A DNA stretch of 64,000 nt from an uncultured Nitrososphaerota archaeon (GTDB taxonomy: Archaea > Thermoproteota > EX4484-205 > JAAOZO01), in contig CAYOYV010000003.1 in NCBI GenBank assembly GCA_964408285.1, positions 29,848 through 93,847 of the forward strand, given 5' to 3'. Of this stretch, positions 1 through 10,740 are shown piece after piece (within the stretch, counting starts at the first letter, position 1; every line of letters begins with the position of its first letter). A program made the position numbers and the translations under genes. The notes beneath the pieces were generated by a model that was not told the DNA's origin, did no database searches, and saw only the letters and a list, made by a program, of their open reading frames with translations.

Positions 1-72
1 GCAGTTGGAAATCTTGAACGCTTATATGTAGAATACAGATCTCCCGAGATGCAAGGGGAATCCGGGCGATGA
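1..72 (+). CDS. 3' end of an upstream gene running off the window (partial)
   Basis: Frame 1 is open from base 1 (AVGNLERLYVEYRSPEMQGESGR) to TGA at 70-72, 12 nt before the next ATG; no family recognisable. Confidence 0.35.
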   Translation, partial: AVGNLERLYVEYRSPEMQGESGR

Positions 73-84
73 GGGGTTTGATAA

Positions 85-1335
85 ATGAAGATAGGTTATG
101 CGAAACGTGATGTGACCCCCCCAATCGGTGTGAGACTGGGAGGCTATGGCCACAGGATGGGAAAGCCTTCTGAGATGGTTCACGATCCCTTGTTCGCAAG
201 CGCCTTGCTGATCGAATCGTCCGGAGATTCACTGCTGTTCCTTCACGGGGATGTCCTTGGGGTTTACAAGGACTTCGCTGATAGTGTAAAGAGGAGAATT
301 CATTCTGGAATCGGCATTGAGCCAGGCAGGATTTTCTTTACTACGACGCATACCCACTCAGGTCCTGAGACCATAGTGCCAATGTGGCCTAACACATTTC
401 CGTATGATGAACAAGAAGCCAGGATCCTGAGCGACTGGGAGGCTGCATTCGCTGAGGCGATTGTCGAGGCCTCTGTTGAGGCCAATGAGCGCGCCTTGGG
501 CGGTTCGATCAGCTTAGGTACATCGAGAGCTCCCGATCTCACTCTCAATCGGACATACAAGAACAACGTGATCGATGATCAGATACCGTTCATGATTCTG
601 AGCAATGGCGTCCAGAAGGTCATAGTCGCGAACTACTGCTGCCATCCAGTATGCAACACGGATTCAGGAATATCGTCGGACTATCCTGGCGCGCTTTATG
701 CAGAATTGGACAAGTTGGGATTCAACTGCTTCTTCACCACAGGACCTGCGGGTGATGTTGATCCGCTAGGGAAGGGAAGGGAATTCATCGCCAATATGGG
801 TTCGCAGCTCTGTTCCGCCATAGTCAGAGAATCCGGCAATACGTACAGAGTGAAAGAAGATGTTATCGGTGCAGAAAGGTCGAAGATCTCCTTGAAGATG
901 AGAAATTCCAAGGGTCTGAGGCAGGCAAGGGCCAGATTCAAGGGAATAATGGAGGATTGTCAGAAGAAGCCTGATGACGCGAAATGCCTCTCTCGCCTTA
1001 TATATGCAGACGAAGAATACGAAGTGGCAAAGGACAGGAAAACCTCTGTCCAGACCCTGATACAGCTCGCCAAGATAGGCAAGGATATCGTGTTCATCTC
1101 GATCCCCGGAGAACTCTTCGTCGAATTTGGCCTGCAGATAAAGGCTCTTGCCACGAAAATGGGATATAGATCTACATTCGTTTCTACGTATTCGGAAGAC
1201 TATGTAGGATACATACCTGACAAGATGGCATTCAAGATACATTCGTATGAAGCAACCCTGGCGAGATGGAGCAGACTGACACCAGAAGCTGGAAGCTCCA
1301 TTATGAGGGAACTGACCAATTCATTGAAGCAGTGA
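85..1335 (+). CDS. Neutral/alkaline ceramidase N-terminal-domain family amidohydrolase
   Basis: G-x-AKRDVTPP, LGGYG, HDPLFASAL, THTHSGP metal motif, NYCCHP, SSDYPG, GPAGDVDP and IPGELF match the ceramidase-like family. Confidence 0.75.
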   Translation: MKIGYAKRDVTPPIGVRLGGYGHRMGKPSEMVHDPLFASALLIESSGDSLLFLHGDVLGVYKDFADSVKRRIHSGIGIEPGRIFFTTTHTHSGPETIVPMWPNTFPYDEQEARILSDWEAAFAEAIVEASVEANERALGGSISLGTSRAPDLTLNRTYKNNVIDDQIPFMILSNGVQKVIVANYCCHPVCNTDSGISSDYPGALYAELDKLGFNCFFTTGPAGDVDPLGKGREFIANMGSQLCSAIVRESGNTYRVKEDVIGAERSKISLKMRNSKGLRQARARFKGIMEDCQKKPDDAKCLSRLIYADEEYEVAKDRKTSVQTLIQLAKIGKDIVFISIPGELFVEFGLQIKALATKMGYRSTFVSTYSEDYVGYIPDKMAFKIHSYEATLARWSRLTPEAGSSIMRELTNSLKQ

Positions 1336-1590
1336 GGCTGAATCCAATAACGGGTAGTCTTTTCCTCGGGCTCCGATGATCATCTCTTATTTCTCGGAAG
1401 GGTGAATCGGCCGTGACAACGCCGTTTCGTGCGCACGTCTCGATGATCATATTGAGGAGGAACTATTGACTCAATCGCGCTATCCCGCTATTCATCGCGC
1501 TTACACCCAGAAGGGTCAAACACAACGGAGTCGACGCATAATGGAGTCTCAAATATTTAAATTCGCTATCGAATCCGCTCAAAAGAAGCG

Positions 1591-3426
1591 ATGAGCGTAG
1601 CTCGGCCGCTACTTGAGTATGTCTCGGATATCAAGACGAAAAAAAGCCTTTCCGAGACTTATCTAGCCCTCAAGAGATTGGTCTCGCATCACAAGAGGTA
1701 CTATGCGCTAATAGTTCTGACACTAGTGCTCTGCATAATCAGGTCGTATCTCTTCACCCTTGAGCCATTGTTTACTTCATACATAATCGATGAAGTGATA
1801 ATCGGCGGCAGATATGACCTGTTGCAGCAATACCTAGCGGTGATACTCCTCTCCGGATTGGGTGTCGGCGTGTCCGTTCTCCTGATATCGTATGTACATG
1901 GGACATTATCACAAAACATACTAAGGGACATAAGATCTGAATATTATAAGTCACTATCTGCGAAGTCATTCGGTTTCTATGATTCTGTAACGGTAGGCGA
2001 CCTTGTATCCAGAGCAACGATGGATCTTCAAGCAGTAGACGGATTTCTGCGGATCTGGCTTAGTACGATCTTTAATGCCTTTTTCTCGATCGTGGCAATA
2101 TTCTCAGTGATTTATTCGACAAGCCCATCAATGACTCTCGTGTCGATGGCGACGATGCCACTTATTTTTTACTTTAACACTCGACTTTTCGTGGAGACTA
2201 TGCCTCTCTTCAGGAAAATGCAGTTGATCCTTGGTCGTTTGAGCTCGTATATCCAACAGGATATCGTAGGGATGAAAACCGTTAGGATACTTGGCCTTGA
2301 AGAAGATATTGTCCAAGGATTCAAAGAAGTGGAACAGGTCTTTGTGAACACGGCGATTGCAGCTGGCAGGATACAGTCAATCTATATGCCGCTCTCCTCC
2401 ACTTTACTGACCTTGGGAATCGCGTTAGTATACGTCTATGCTGGCTATTCTATCAGCGCTGGCTATCTAGGCTTGACTATAGGCAGTATCATCCTCTTCG
2501 CGAGGTATATGATCAGGCTGACGTTTCCCCTGAGAGATCTGAGCATGATGTTAGGGGTATGGATCAACGCCTCTGCTGGATTGGAAAGGGTATTTGAAAT
2601 AATAGACATGCCAAGAATCATCGAAGATTCCCCCGGTGCCTTGGACATCATCATGCGGCAGGGGAAGGTAGAATTCGATGGCGTTACATTCGGTTATGAG
2701 AAGGACAGGCCCGTGTTGAATGGAGTTTCCTTCCAAGTGAACCCCGGGGAAAGGATAGCGATTCTTGGGGCCACAGGTTCTGGAAAGAGCACGCTGATGT
2801 TTCTTCTGCCAAGGTTCTATGACCCTGACTCTGGAAGCATAAGGATAGATGGGACAGACATAAGGCGATTCAAGCTTGCATCTTTAAGAAAACAGATAGG
2901 CGTGGTCCTACAGGATGTGTTCCTGTTCTCGGGAACAATCAGGGACAACATAGCGTTCGGGAATCCCAATGCCTCCCCGGAGCAAATCGTCCAAGTGGCC
3001 AAGACGGCCAGAATCCACGACTTCATACAATCCCTCCCTGAGGGATACGATACCAAGATAGGAGAACGAGGCGTCACCCTCTCGGGCGGTGAGAGACAAA
3101 GACTGACCATAGCAAGAGCCCTTCTCACGAATCCGAGGATCCTCATCATGGATGATTCCCTATCGTTCGTCGACTCAAAGACAGAGCAAGAGATCCAGAT
3201 CGCCATTGAGGAGGCGATGAGGACGCGAACAGCGTTCATCATCGCGCAGCGGCTCTCGACCGTAAAGAATGCAGACAAGATACTAGTTCTGGACGAAGGC
3301 AAGGTGTTGGAATTCGGACCGCACGACGAACTCATTGCAAGGAGGGGCGCATACAGGAGGATCTACGAATCGCAATTCATAGCGAAACGGCTCGAAGCAA
3401 ATCGCGAAGGTGAGAACCTGAGTTGA
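1591..3426 (+). CDS. ABC exporter, fused TMD+NBD (heterodimeric TM287/288-like, degenerate-site subunit)
   Basis: Six-TM N-half; Walker A GATGSGKS, signature LSGGERQR, Walker B ILIMDD (Glu to Asp), H-loop IAQR (His to Gln). Confidence 0.93.
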   Translation: MSVARPLLEYVSDIKTKKSLSETYLALKRLVSHHKRYYALIVLTLVLCIIRSYLFTLEPLFTSYIIDEVIIGGRYDLLQQYLAVILLSGLGVGVSVLLISYVHGTLSQNILRDIRSEYYKSLSAKSFGFYDSVTVGDLVSRATMDLQAVDGFLRIWLSTIFNAFFSIVAIFSVIYSTSPSMTLVSMATMPLIFYFNTRLFVETMPLFRKMQLILGRLSSYIQQDIVGMKTVRILGLEEDIVQGFKEVEQVFVNTAIAAGRIQSIYMPLSSTLLTLGIALVYVYAGYSISAGYLGLTIGSIILFARYMIRLTFPLRDLSMMLGVWINASAGLERVFEIIDMPRIIEDSPGALDIIMRQGKVEFDGVTFGYEKDRPVLNGVSFQVNPGERIAILGATGSGKSTLMFLLPRFYDPDSGSIRIDGTDIRRFKLASLRKQIGVVLQDVFLFSGTIRDNIAFGNPNASPEQIVQVAKTARIHDFIQSLPEGYDTKIGERGVTLSGGERQRLTIARALLTNPRILIMDDSLSFVDSKTEQEIQIAIEEAMRTRTAFIIAQRLSTVKNADKILVLDEGKVLEFGPHDELIARRGAYRRIYESQFIAKRLEANREGENLS

Positions 3427-4487
3427 TGTCAGGGCCTTGGGGCGCATTCTCTTCGAGGGAAGAGCAAGAGAAGAAAAGGACCGTTTCAGATAGAGTTCTG
3501 ATCAGAAGGCTATACGCCTATTCAGAGGAACACAGGAGAAATCTTTGGTTCGGGGTTCTCGCAATACTCCTAAGCTCCCTGATGGGGCTGGCTTCACCAT
3601 ACATGCACAAAGTGGCGATAGACGAGATAATAGGGCCAGGCAACGTATCTGGTTTCTTATGGTGGGTCCCCCTGTTCGTCATCGTGGTCGGGGGAAACTA
3701 CCTAATGCAGTACATTCAGACGTTTCAGATGCGAATAGTCGGAGAGAATGTAGTGGCGAAAATGAGGGACCGAATGCTGGAGAAATTGCAGATCATCTCA
3801 CTCAAATACTTCGCTGAAGGAGAGATTGGAAGAATCATATCGAGGCCGATTAACGATGCCAACACCATCAGAATCTTTTTGAGGATTGGAGTAACAAGTA
3901 TTTTGATAGATGCGTCTTCGATCCTAGGTTCATTCGCCATCATGTTCGCTTTGGACGCGAAACTCGCCTTGTTGGCTCTTGCCACATTGCCAATTGCAAT
4001 TGGCTTAGTCTGGTTTATGGGGAAATATTCTAGGGCAGCAGCTAGGAAGGCGCTCAGTACACTGGGCGGCTTGACCGCAAGAATGCAGGAAGACTTGTCA
4101 GGAATCAAGGTCATTCAGGCTTTCGTCGAAGAAGAACAGGCCGAGCGTACATTTGACAAGGCACAGGAGAGCAATATTGCGGCTAACATGAGGGCGATCC
4201 TCATATCCTCTTCATATATGCCTCTAGTTGCATCCATGAGACTAATCGGCACCCTCATAATCCTGTGGTTTGGAACGCTATTAGTCAAAGATGGCGCCCT
4301 ATCGATAGGAACCCTCGTTGCCTTTACAGAATATCAATTCATGTATTTCATGCCCTTGATGGATCTCGTGGTAGTATACGATCAATATCAATCCACGATG
4401 GCGGCCGTAGAGAGATCGTTCGACCTGATCGACACGAGCGTCGAGGTCAGAGAGGCACCCCTAGAGAAGAGAGTGGATCTACCATGA
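3426..4487 (+). CDS. ABC exporter second subunit, transmembrane half (split or frameshifted from the NBD)
   Basis: ABC membrane domain; TGATG overlap with the previous stop; ends in the TMD-NBD linker (RVDLP). Confidence 0.85.
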   Translation: MSGPWGAFSSREEQEKKRTVSDRVLIRRLYAYSEEHRRNLWFGVLAILLSSLMGLASPYMHKVAIDEIIGPGNVSGFLWWVPLFVIVVGGNYLMQYIQTFQMRIVGENVVAKMRDRMLEKLQIISLKYFAEGEIGRIISRPINDANTIRIFLRIGVTSILIDASSILGSFAIMFALDAKLALLALATLPIAIGLVWFMGKYSRAAARKALSTLGGLTARMQEDLSGIKVIQAFVEEEQAERTFDKAQESNIAANMRAILISSSYMPLVASMRLIGTLIILWFGTLLVKDGALSIGTLVAFTEYQFMYFMPLMDLVVVYDQYQSTMAAVERSFDLIDTSVEVREAPLEKRVDLP

Positions 4488-5239
4488 TAGATGAGATCAG
4501 TTTCCAGAATGTGGACTTTGGATACGACCCAAGAGTCTTGGTTTTGAGGAATATTAGCTTCACGTTACCCCATGACAGAAAACTTGCGATTGTCGGCAGA
4601 ACTGGAGCTGGGAAAAGCACGATTGTGAACCTCCTCGCCAGATTCTACGACCCGACAGCGGGAAGAATATGCGTCAATGGGCATGATCTTAGGGACATCG
4701 CGATTTCATCACTGAGAAAGCGTTTGGGCATAGTTCTTCAGGATTCGTTCCTGTTTCCCCTTTCCGTCAGGGAAAACATAAGGATTGGAAATCAGGGAGC
4801 CTCTGACGAAGAGATAGTTCAAGCAGCAAGATCAGTAGGAGCTCACCAATTCATAACGAGATTGCCGCGAGGATATGATTTCATGATACAAGAGAGCTCA
4901 TCGAATATCTCGATAGGGCAAAGACAGCTTATTAGTTTCGCAAGGACACTCCTGTCAAATCCAGAGATCTTAGTATTGGATGAAGCCACATCATCAGTGG
5001 ACCCCTATACTGAATTGGTGATTCAAACGGCGTTGACGAAATTGCTCAAGAACAGAATGACATTGATAGTGGCTCACAGACTATCAACCATCAAGCTTTG
5101 CGATGAGATCTTGGTGCTGGAGAATGGTCAAATAGTGGAGAAGGGCTCTCATAATGACCTCATGGAGAAGGAGGGTCTATACAGCTCCTTCTACAAACTT
5201 CAATTCCGAGAAGAAACCGGACTAGAAGGTCATCCTTAG
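4484..5239 (+). CDS. ABC exporter second subunit, nucleotide-binding half
   Basis: ATG at 4484 overlaps TGA 4485-4487; ISFQNVDFGY, GRTGAGKST, ISIGQRQ, LVLDEATS, VAHRLST. Confidence 0.85.
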   Translation: MIDEISFQNVDFGYDPRVLVLRNISFTLPHDRKLAIVGRTGAGKSTIVNLLARFYDPTAGRICVNGHDLRDIAISSLRKRLGIVLQDSFLFPLSVRENIRIGNQGASDEEIVQAARSVGAHQFITRLPRGYDFMIQESSSNISIGQRQLISFARTLLSNPEILVLDEATSSVDPYTELVIQTALTKLLKNRMTLIVAHRLSTIKLCDEILVLENGQIVEKGSHNDLMEKEGLYSSFYKLQFREETGLEGHP

Positions 5240-5254
5240 CGGGACCTTCCAAAG

Positions 5255-5755
5255 TCAGCTCCTCTTCACTGTCAATGTTATGTCATTCCAAGCCTTGACC
5301 ACAGTCCTCCCGTCCGCAGTCACTCGTAGGCTGATCGGGTATCCGGAGAAGCTCACTGTGTCTTGAAGACGTCCTTTTACCAAGAATTGCATCGAAGTTG
5401 TAGATTGCACTGATTCCAGCACGAACGAGTAGGTGAAATTGGAGCCTTCCTTCACCAATGATTCTCCGCCGGGTTTCAAAAATGAAATGGATGGATCTGC
5501 GCTGAATGTGAGCTTAACGTTGTGGCTCCTCTTGTCAAGATTCTCAAGCATTATCTTCAATGTGGAATTCTGAGCCACGCTTATCTCCGAAGGAGTCACA
5601 GAGAACTCGAGGACCTTCACAGATTCACCTGGGTTCTGAGACAGCCACCAGCTGTAAGCAAGGTACCCGACCATTACCAGAATCATCGCTGCTATCAAGA
5701 GCTTCAGCCATGGCGTCCCAGTTTCCTCCTCGGAATCTCCGGATCGGTAGAGCAT
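5255..5755 (-). CDS. Hypothetical membrane-anchored protein, single TM plus beta-rich Ig-like domain
   Basis: TM WLKLLIAAMILVMVGYLAYSWW followed by beta-strand-like segments; start at 5755 preferred over 5845. Confidence 0.6.
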   Translation of the reverse strand: MLYRSGDSEEETGTPWLKLLIAAMILVMVGYLAYSWWLSQNPGESVKVLEFSVTPSEISVAQNSTLKIMLENLDKRSHNVKLTFSADPSISFLKPGGESLVKEGSNFTYSFVLESVQSTTSMQFLVKGRLQDTVSFSGYPISLRVTADGRTVVKAWNDITLTVKRS

Positions 5756-5884
5756 CTTTTGAGGCCGTCCCCCGGTAATTCCGTGAAATGGTGCTTCAGT
5801 TAATAAATGCATTAGTGATAATGCAGTGAAGATACAAATGAGCAAGAGTCACAGATCGTTCTGCTATTTCCCGCACTGCCCTGC

Positions 5885-5908
5885 GGAAAAGATTATAAGC
5901 GACTTTCC
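5885..5908 (+). promoter_or_regulatory. grpE-dnaK-dnaJ promoter: BRE/TATA (TTATAA 5893-5898) bracketed by a GGAAA...TTTCC inverted repeat
   Basis: GGAAAAGATTATAAGCGACTTTCC; GGAGGTGA ribosome-binding site at 5946-5953. Confidence 0.5.
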
Positions 5909-5958
5909 AGCCGATTCACGGGATATTCCGATCAAGGCGTTTATTGGAGGTGAGGCTC

Positions 5959-6573
5959 TTGGCTTCAGAGCGTGATATTCCCGGGGAGGAAGATCGCTCC
6001 CGCACTGAGGAGACTTCAATGCCTGAGGATAGAAAGGGCGAAAAAATAGAGATTCACGACGATTTGGAAATCGAGGATCTAACGAAAGCAGTCGAGCATG
6101 AACGCAAGATGGCAGAGGACTTGAACAAGAAGATCCTCTATCTTCAAGCCGACTTCCAGAATTACCGTCGACGAGCAGAGGCTGAGCTCGAAGAGGTCTC
6201 ATTGTATGGGAGTCAGAATCTAATATATGGGCTATTGAAGGTGGCTGATGAGCTTGAGCTTGCAGTGAAGGCAGGAGAGGGCTCAAAGGAATCCGGTCCC
6301 CTAGTAAAGGGAGTCAAAATGGCTCTCAAGAGATTGGTTGAGTTGCTGCAAAACGAGGGGGTTTCGAGGATAGAGGCAATAGGAAAGCAATTTGATCCGA
6401 GTGTTCATGAAGCAATAGAAAGTGTTCCAACCGCGGATCTCCCCGAGGGGAGAGTCGTTGAAGAGATCAGGAGTGGATTCATGTTGAGGGGAAAGGTTAT
6501 CAGGCCCTCCCTAGTCAAGGTGTCTTGCTTGTTGACTTCGAAAGATTCTAAGAAAGGTGAATCGAAAGAATGA
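5959..6573 (+). CDS. grpE: Nucleotide exchange factor GrpE
   Basis: [21 protein letters not shown] and [16 protein letters not shown] motifs; TTG start at 5959 lies 5 nt after GGAGGTGA; operon with dnaK. Confidence 0.95.
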   Translation: MASERDIPGEEDRSRTEETSMPEDRKGEKIEIHDDLEIEDLTKAVEHERKMAEDLNKKILYLQADFQNYRRRAEAELEEVSLYGSQNLIYGLLKVADELELAVKAGEGSKESGPLVKGVKMALKRLVELLQNEGVSRIEAIGKQFDPSVHEAIESVPTADLPEGRVVEEIRSGFMLRGKVIRPSLVKVSCLLTSKDSKKGESKE

Positions 6574-8453
6574 GTGAAGTGAAATTAGAGCCCGGTGAGA
6601 AGATCGTTGGAATAGACCTTGGGACGACGAATTCTGCGGCCGCCATTATGGAAGCGGGAAGGCCTCTCGTTGTGCCTAGCGCAGAAGGGCCAACTGCCGC
6701 TGGAAAGATGTTTCCTTCCGTAGTAGCGTTCACAAAGGAGGGAGAGCTTATTGTTGGAGAACCGGCGAAACGCCAGGCAGTCACAAATCCAGAGGGGACG
6801 ATCTTCGAGATAAAGAGAAAGATCGGAACCGACTACAAAGTCAAGATCGGGGGAAAGGACTACACGCCCCAGCAGATTTCCGCCTTCATACTACAGAAGA
6901 TAAAGCGAGATACTGAGACCTTCTTGGGCAGACCAATCAAGAAGGTTGTAATAACGGCTCCGGCCCATTTCAATGACAATCAGAGACAGGCAACAAAGGA
7001 TGCGGGTGAGATAGCCGGTCTCGAAGTTGTCAGAATAATCAACGAGCCCACTGCTGCTTGCTTGGCCTACGGTTTGGACAAAGCTGACAAGGAGATGAAG
7101 ATACTCGTCTTCAGCTTCGGGGGCGGGACTCATGATGTCACCATCATGGACTTCGGCCAAGGAGTATTCCAGGTAATTGCTACAAGTGGGGATACTCAGA
7201 CAGGCGGGGCGGACATCGACAACGCGATCGTCGACCTTCTCGTGGATGAATTCAGAAAGCAAAACGGAATGGATCTGAGAAAAGACAGCATGGCCATGAT
7301 CAGACTGAAGGAAGCTGCCGAAAAGGCAAAGATAGAGCTTTCCACTCTGACTACAACGGACATGGACCTGCCCTTCATAGCCCAAGACGTGAGTGGACCC
7401 AAACACTTCCATTACACTCTGACGAGGGCTAAACTCGAGGACTTGGCACTCCCCATCGTGAGAAGGGTAGAGGGCACGCTGACAAAGGTTATGACTGATG
7501 CCAAGTTCGAACCGAACAACGTAGACAAGATAATCCTGATAGGGGGTCAAACCAGAATGCCCCTCGTAAGGAAGTTCGTCGAAGATATGATGGGAAAACC
7601 GGCAGAACGAGGCGTTGATCCAATGGAGTGCGTTGCAGTTGGTGCAGCAGTTCAGGGGGCTGTTTTGGCCGGCGAAGTAAAGGATCTCGTCCTATTGGAT
7701 GTCACGCCTCTTTCATTGGGTGTGGAAACGCTTGGAGGAATCGCCACAAGAATTCTCGAAAAGAACACTACTATCCCAACGAAGAGGAGCCAGATATTTA
7801 CAACCGCGGCCGACTTCCAGACATCAGTGACAGTTCATGTGATTCAAGGGGAGAGGTCCATGGCCGCTGACAATACATCTCTCGGAATGTTCAACCTTGT
7901 GGGAATTCCACCCGCTCCGAGAGGAGTCCCTCAGATTGAGGTCACCTTCGACATCGACGCAAATGGAATATTGAATGTAGGAGCCAAAGACCTCGCTACT
8001 GGGAAGGAGAACAAGATTACGATAACTGCATCAACGAAACTCTCCAATGAGGAGAAGGAGCGGATGGTGAGGGAGGCCGGGCAATTTGCGGAGCAGGACA
8101 AGAAGAAACGCGAGAAGGCAGAGTTGCTCAACAACGCTGATTCCTTGCTCTATACCGCGGAGCGCACCAAAAAGGATCTCGAACAAAAGATAACCACTGA
8201 ACAAAAAGACAGAATAGACAAAGCCGCAGCCGAGCTTAGGCAAGCCATTGCAGCGACAGAGATTGATGAGGCTTCTGTGAAAAAGAGCATGGACAGTCTG
8301 GCGAAAATACTTCAGGAGGTAGGAACAGCTGCCTATCAACAGGTGCCTAAACAACCCCAAGAAACGAAGGAAAAACCCAGCGAATCTGGACAGAAACCGG
8401 GCGACGAAAAGGTAGTCGACGCTGATTACAAGGTCGAAGATGAGAAGAAGTAG
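6570..8453 (+). CDS. dnaK: Hsp70 chaperone DnaK
   Basis: [53 protein letters not shown]; ATGA overlap with grpE. Confidence 0.98.
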   Translation: MSEVKLEPGEKIVGIDLGTTNSAAAIMEAGRPLVVPSAEGPTAAGKMFPSVVAFTKEGELIVGEPAKRQAVTNPEGTIFEIKRKIGTDYKVKIGGKDYTPQQISAFILQKIKRDTETFLGRPIKKVVITAPAHFNDNQRQATKDAGEIAGLEVVRIINEPTAACLAYGLDKADKEMKILVFSFGGGTHDVTIMDFGQGVFQVIATSGDTQTGGADIDNAIVDLLVDEFRKQNGMDLRKDSMAMIRLKEAAEKAKIELSTLTTTDMDLPFIAQDVSGPKHFHYTLTRAKLEDLALPIVRRVEGTLTKVMTDAKFEPNNVDKIILIGGQTRMPLVRKFVEDMMGKPAERGVDPMECVAVGAAVQGAVLAGEVKDLVLLDVTPLSLGVETLGGIATRILEKNTTIPTKRSQIFTTAADFQTSVTVHVIQGERSMAADNTSLGMFNLVGIPPAPRGVPQIEVTFDIDANGILNVGAKDLATGKENKITITASTKLSNEEKERMVREAGQFAEQDKKKREKAELLNNADSLLYTAERTKKDLEQKITTEQKDRIDKAAAELRQAIAATEIDEASVKKSMDSLAKILQEVGTAAYQQVPKQPQETKEKPSESGQKPGDEKVVDADYKVEDEKK

Positions 8454-8476
8454 AGCACCGGATGTAATGTAGGCAG

Positions 8477-9592
8477 ATGTCAGAGAAGGACTACTACGAG
8501 ATCCTTGGCGTGGATAGGAATTCGACGAGGGACCAGATCAAGGAGGCATTCCGAAAGCTCGCGCTGAAGTATCATCCTGACAGGAACAAGTCGCCAGATG
8601 CGGAGGAGAAATTCAAGGAGATTTCCGAGGCATATGCTGTTCTCTCTGATGATGAGAAACGCTCACAGTATGACTCATTTGGTAGGGCAGGGATAAATCA
8701 GCGCTACACGGAGGAGGATATATTCAGAGGGGTGGACTTCGAGGACATCTTCAGGGGATTTGGATTCACTACCCCGTTTGACGACATCTTTGAAAGACTT
8801 TTCGGTGGAACCAGGACAAGGGCGGAGTCAATTCGAGGACGCGACATAGCAGTGGATCTAGATCTCACGCTCGAGCAGGTTGTCGTGGGTGTGCGGACGG
8901 AAATCTCGATACCGAGACTGGAACCCTGCGACGAATGCAGTGGATCTGGCGTTAGGGCAGGCACACAGCCTAAGGTCTGCACAAAGTGCAACGGAACAGG
9001 CCAAATCAGGACAGAGAGAAGAATCGGCTTCGCCCAATTCGTCCAAATCGTTCCCTGCGATCGATGTAGAGGGAGCGGAAGAATAGCGACTCCATGCCAA
9101 GTATGCGGGGGATCGGGCGTAGTTCGTAGGACAAGGAAGATAACAGTGAATGTTCCGCCAGGTGTGGAGGACGGAATGAGTCTGAGACTCCACGGACAAG
9201 GAGATGTGGGCCCCCGGGGAAGGACGCCAGGAGATGCCTATATCAGGGTTCGAGTAAGGCCTCACCCGATATTCGAAAGAGTTGATAACGACTTAGCATG
9301 TCAGCTCCCGATCTCGTTCTCCCAGTCCGCCCTAGGAGTGGAAGTACAAGTGCCGACCTTGGATGGCGTGGAAACACTGAGGATACCCCCAGGCACACAA
9401 GCGGATTCCACATTCACACTGAAAGGAAAAGGGCTTCCGAGGCTGAACGGAAGAGGAAGAGGGAATCTTCTGGTGAAAGTAAAGGTCAGAACACCCACGA
9501 ATCTGTCTGATCGCCAGAAATCTCTTATCAGGGAATTGTCGAGTACGATCGATCAGCAACCAAAGCCCAACAAGAGAGACGAATGGACCTAA
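8477..9592 (+). CDS. dnaJ: Chaperone DnaJ (type I)
   Basis: J-domain with HPD, G/F-rich region and four CxxCxGxG repeats. Confidence 0.98.
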   Translation: MSEKDYYEILGVDRNSTRDQIKEAFRKLALKYHPDRNKSPDAEEKFKEISEAYAVLSDDEKRSQYDSFGRAGINQRYTEEDIFRGVDFEDIFRGFGFTTPFDDIFERLFGGTRTRAESIRGRDIAVDLDLTLEQVVVGVRTEISIPRLEPCDECSGSGVRAGTQPKVCTKCNGTGQIRTERRIGFAQFVQIVPCDRCRGSGRIATPCQVCGGSGVVRRTRKITVNVPPGVEDGMSLRLHGQGDVGPRGRTPGDAYIRVRVRPHPIFERVDNDLACQLPISFSQSALGVEVQVPTLDGVETLRIPPGTQADSTFTLKGKGLPRLNGRGRGNLLVKVKVRTPTNLSDRQKSLIRELSSTIDQQPKPNKRDEWT

Positions 9593-9639
9593 GTGTGTGC
9601 TGACCAGCACAAGACAGAACCCTTAGTGTCATAAGGTGC

Positions 9640-10650
9640 TCAGCATTGATTCGATGATTCGCCTTGGTCGGATGAAAGGCTCGATTCAGCTTTCCTGATT
9701 TCAACTGTCTGGATCTTAAGCTGACAGGTATTGCAGATTCTTCCCGACGTCGGTTCGCCACAGAATTCACACTCATTGATGTTCTTCACGACTGTCTGAT
9801 GTCCGAGTAATGCCTCCCTGAACTTCTCGCTGCTCCTGAGGATCTGATACTTCATTCCGGTGTGCAGCGTCTCAAATTCATCGATCATCCTCTTCACATC
9901 CATCCTAATCACCTCTCCTCTGTATGGACACGTAGGGGAGAAGTCCGTATTGGGGAACTTCAACCTCGCATAGAACAGGACTTCCTGCTCGGGGCACATT
10001 CGGAGTGGCTTTATCCTCTTGATGAACTTGCTGCTAAAGACCAATCCCTCTCCTCTCATTATTCTTCTAACGTCTCCTGTAATGAAATTCATCAATACAC
10101 TTTCTGCTTCATCGTCGAGGTTATGGCCGGTGGCGAGTTTTGTTGCGCCGAGTTCTCTTGCCTTCTTGTTTAGCAGGTATCTTCTAAACACGCCGCAATT
10201 GCACAGTCCCGGCCTTACCTTTGCCATTTCGTCGACTCCGTGACCCATCTCTTGCTTGAACGAGAAGGCATATTGACGGACCCCAGTCGTTTCGCAAATC
10301 GACTTCGCGTTTTTCATGAGTCTCTCATCATATCCTCTTATGCCATGGTCTATGGTCAAGGCGAAGATGTTGGCTCTCCCTCCGGTTCGGGCGTTGAATT
10401 CGTTGAGCAGGAATAGGGCGACAACTGAATCCTTCCCGCCAGAGAGGCCCACGCATATTCTGTCGTTCTCTTGCAGATAGTGATTCTCCGCAATGGTTTT
10501 TCTGACCCTTTTCTCAAAGAACCTCGCGAAACAAGCCCGGCAAAGAAAAAGTCCGCAATATCTGAGTTCTATGACGGATTGCGCCTTTCCGCATTGGCTG
10601 CATTTCACCACGTCCAGAATCTTCGTCTCAGCCTTCAATGCCCTCGTCAT
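9640..10650 (-). CDS. ttuA: tRNA 2-thiolation enzyme, TtuA/NcsA (TtcA/Ctu1 family)
   Basis: N- and C-terminal CxxC zinc fingers, PP-loop SGGKDS, CGVFRR, GHNLDDEAE, CPY. Confidence 0.85.
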   Translation of the reverse strand: MTRALKAETKILDVVKCSQCGKAQSVIELRYCGLFLCRACFARFFEKRVRKTIAENHYLQENDRICVGLSGGKDSVVALFLLNEFNARTGGRANIFALTIDHGIRGYDERLMKNAKSICETTGVRQYAFSFKQEMGHGVDEMAKVRPGLCNCGVFRRYLLNKKARELGATKLATGHNLDDEAESVLMNFITGDVRRIMRGEGLVFSSKFIKRIKPLRMCPEQEVLFYARLKFPNTDFSPTCPYRGEVIRMDVKRMIDEFETLHTGMKYQILRSSEKFREALLGHQTVVKNINECEFCGEPTSGRICNTCQLKIQTVEIRKAESSLSSDQGESSNQC

Positions 10651-10740
10651 CTACGTCTCCTAGAGGAGCATCCTTATTTTGCTTTTCCAGATCGCTTCGA
10701 GACTTTGCATTAGGACCGTCGGCATACCTAGCGGATTCCA

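Noticed and set aside
4265-4483. Long N-terminus of the 324-aa ORF
   Set aside because: Overlaps the TMD gene out of frame; NBD homology begins at ATG 4484.
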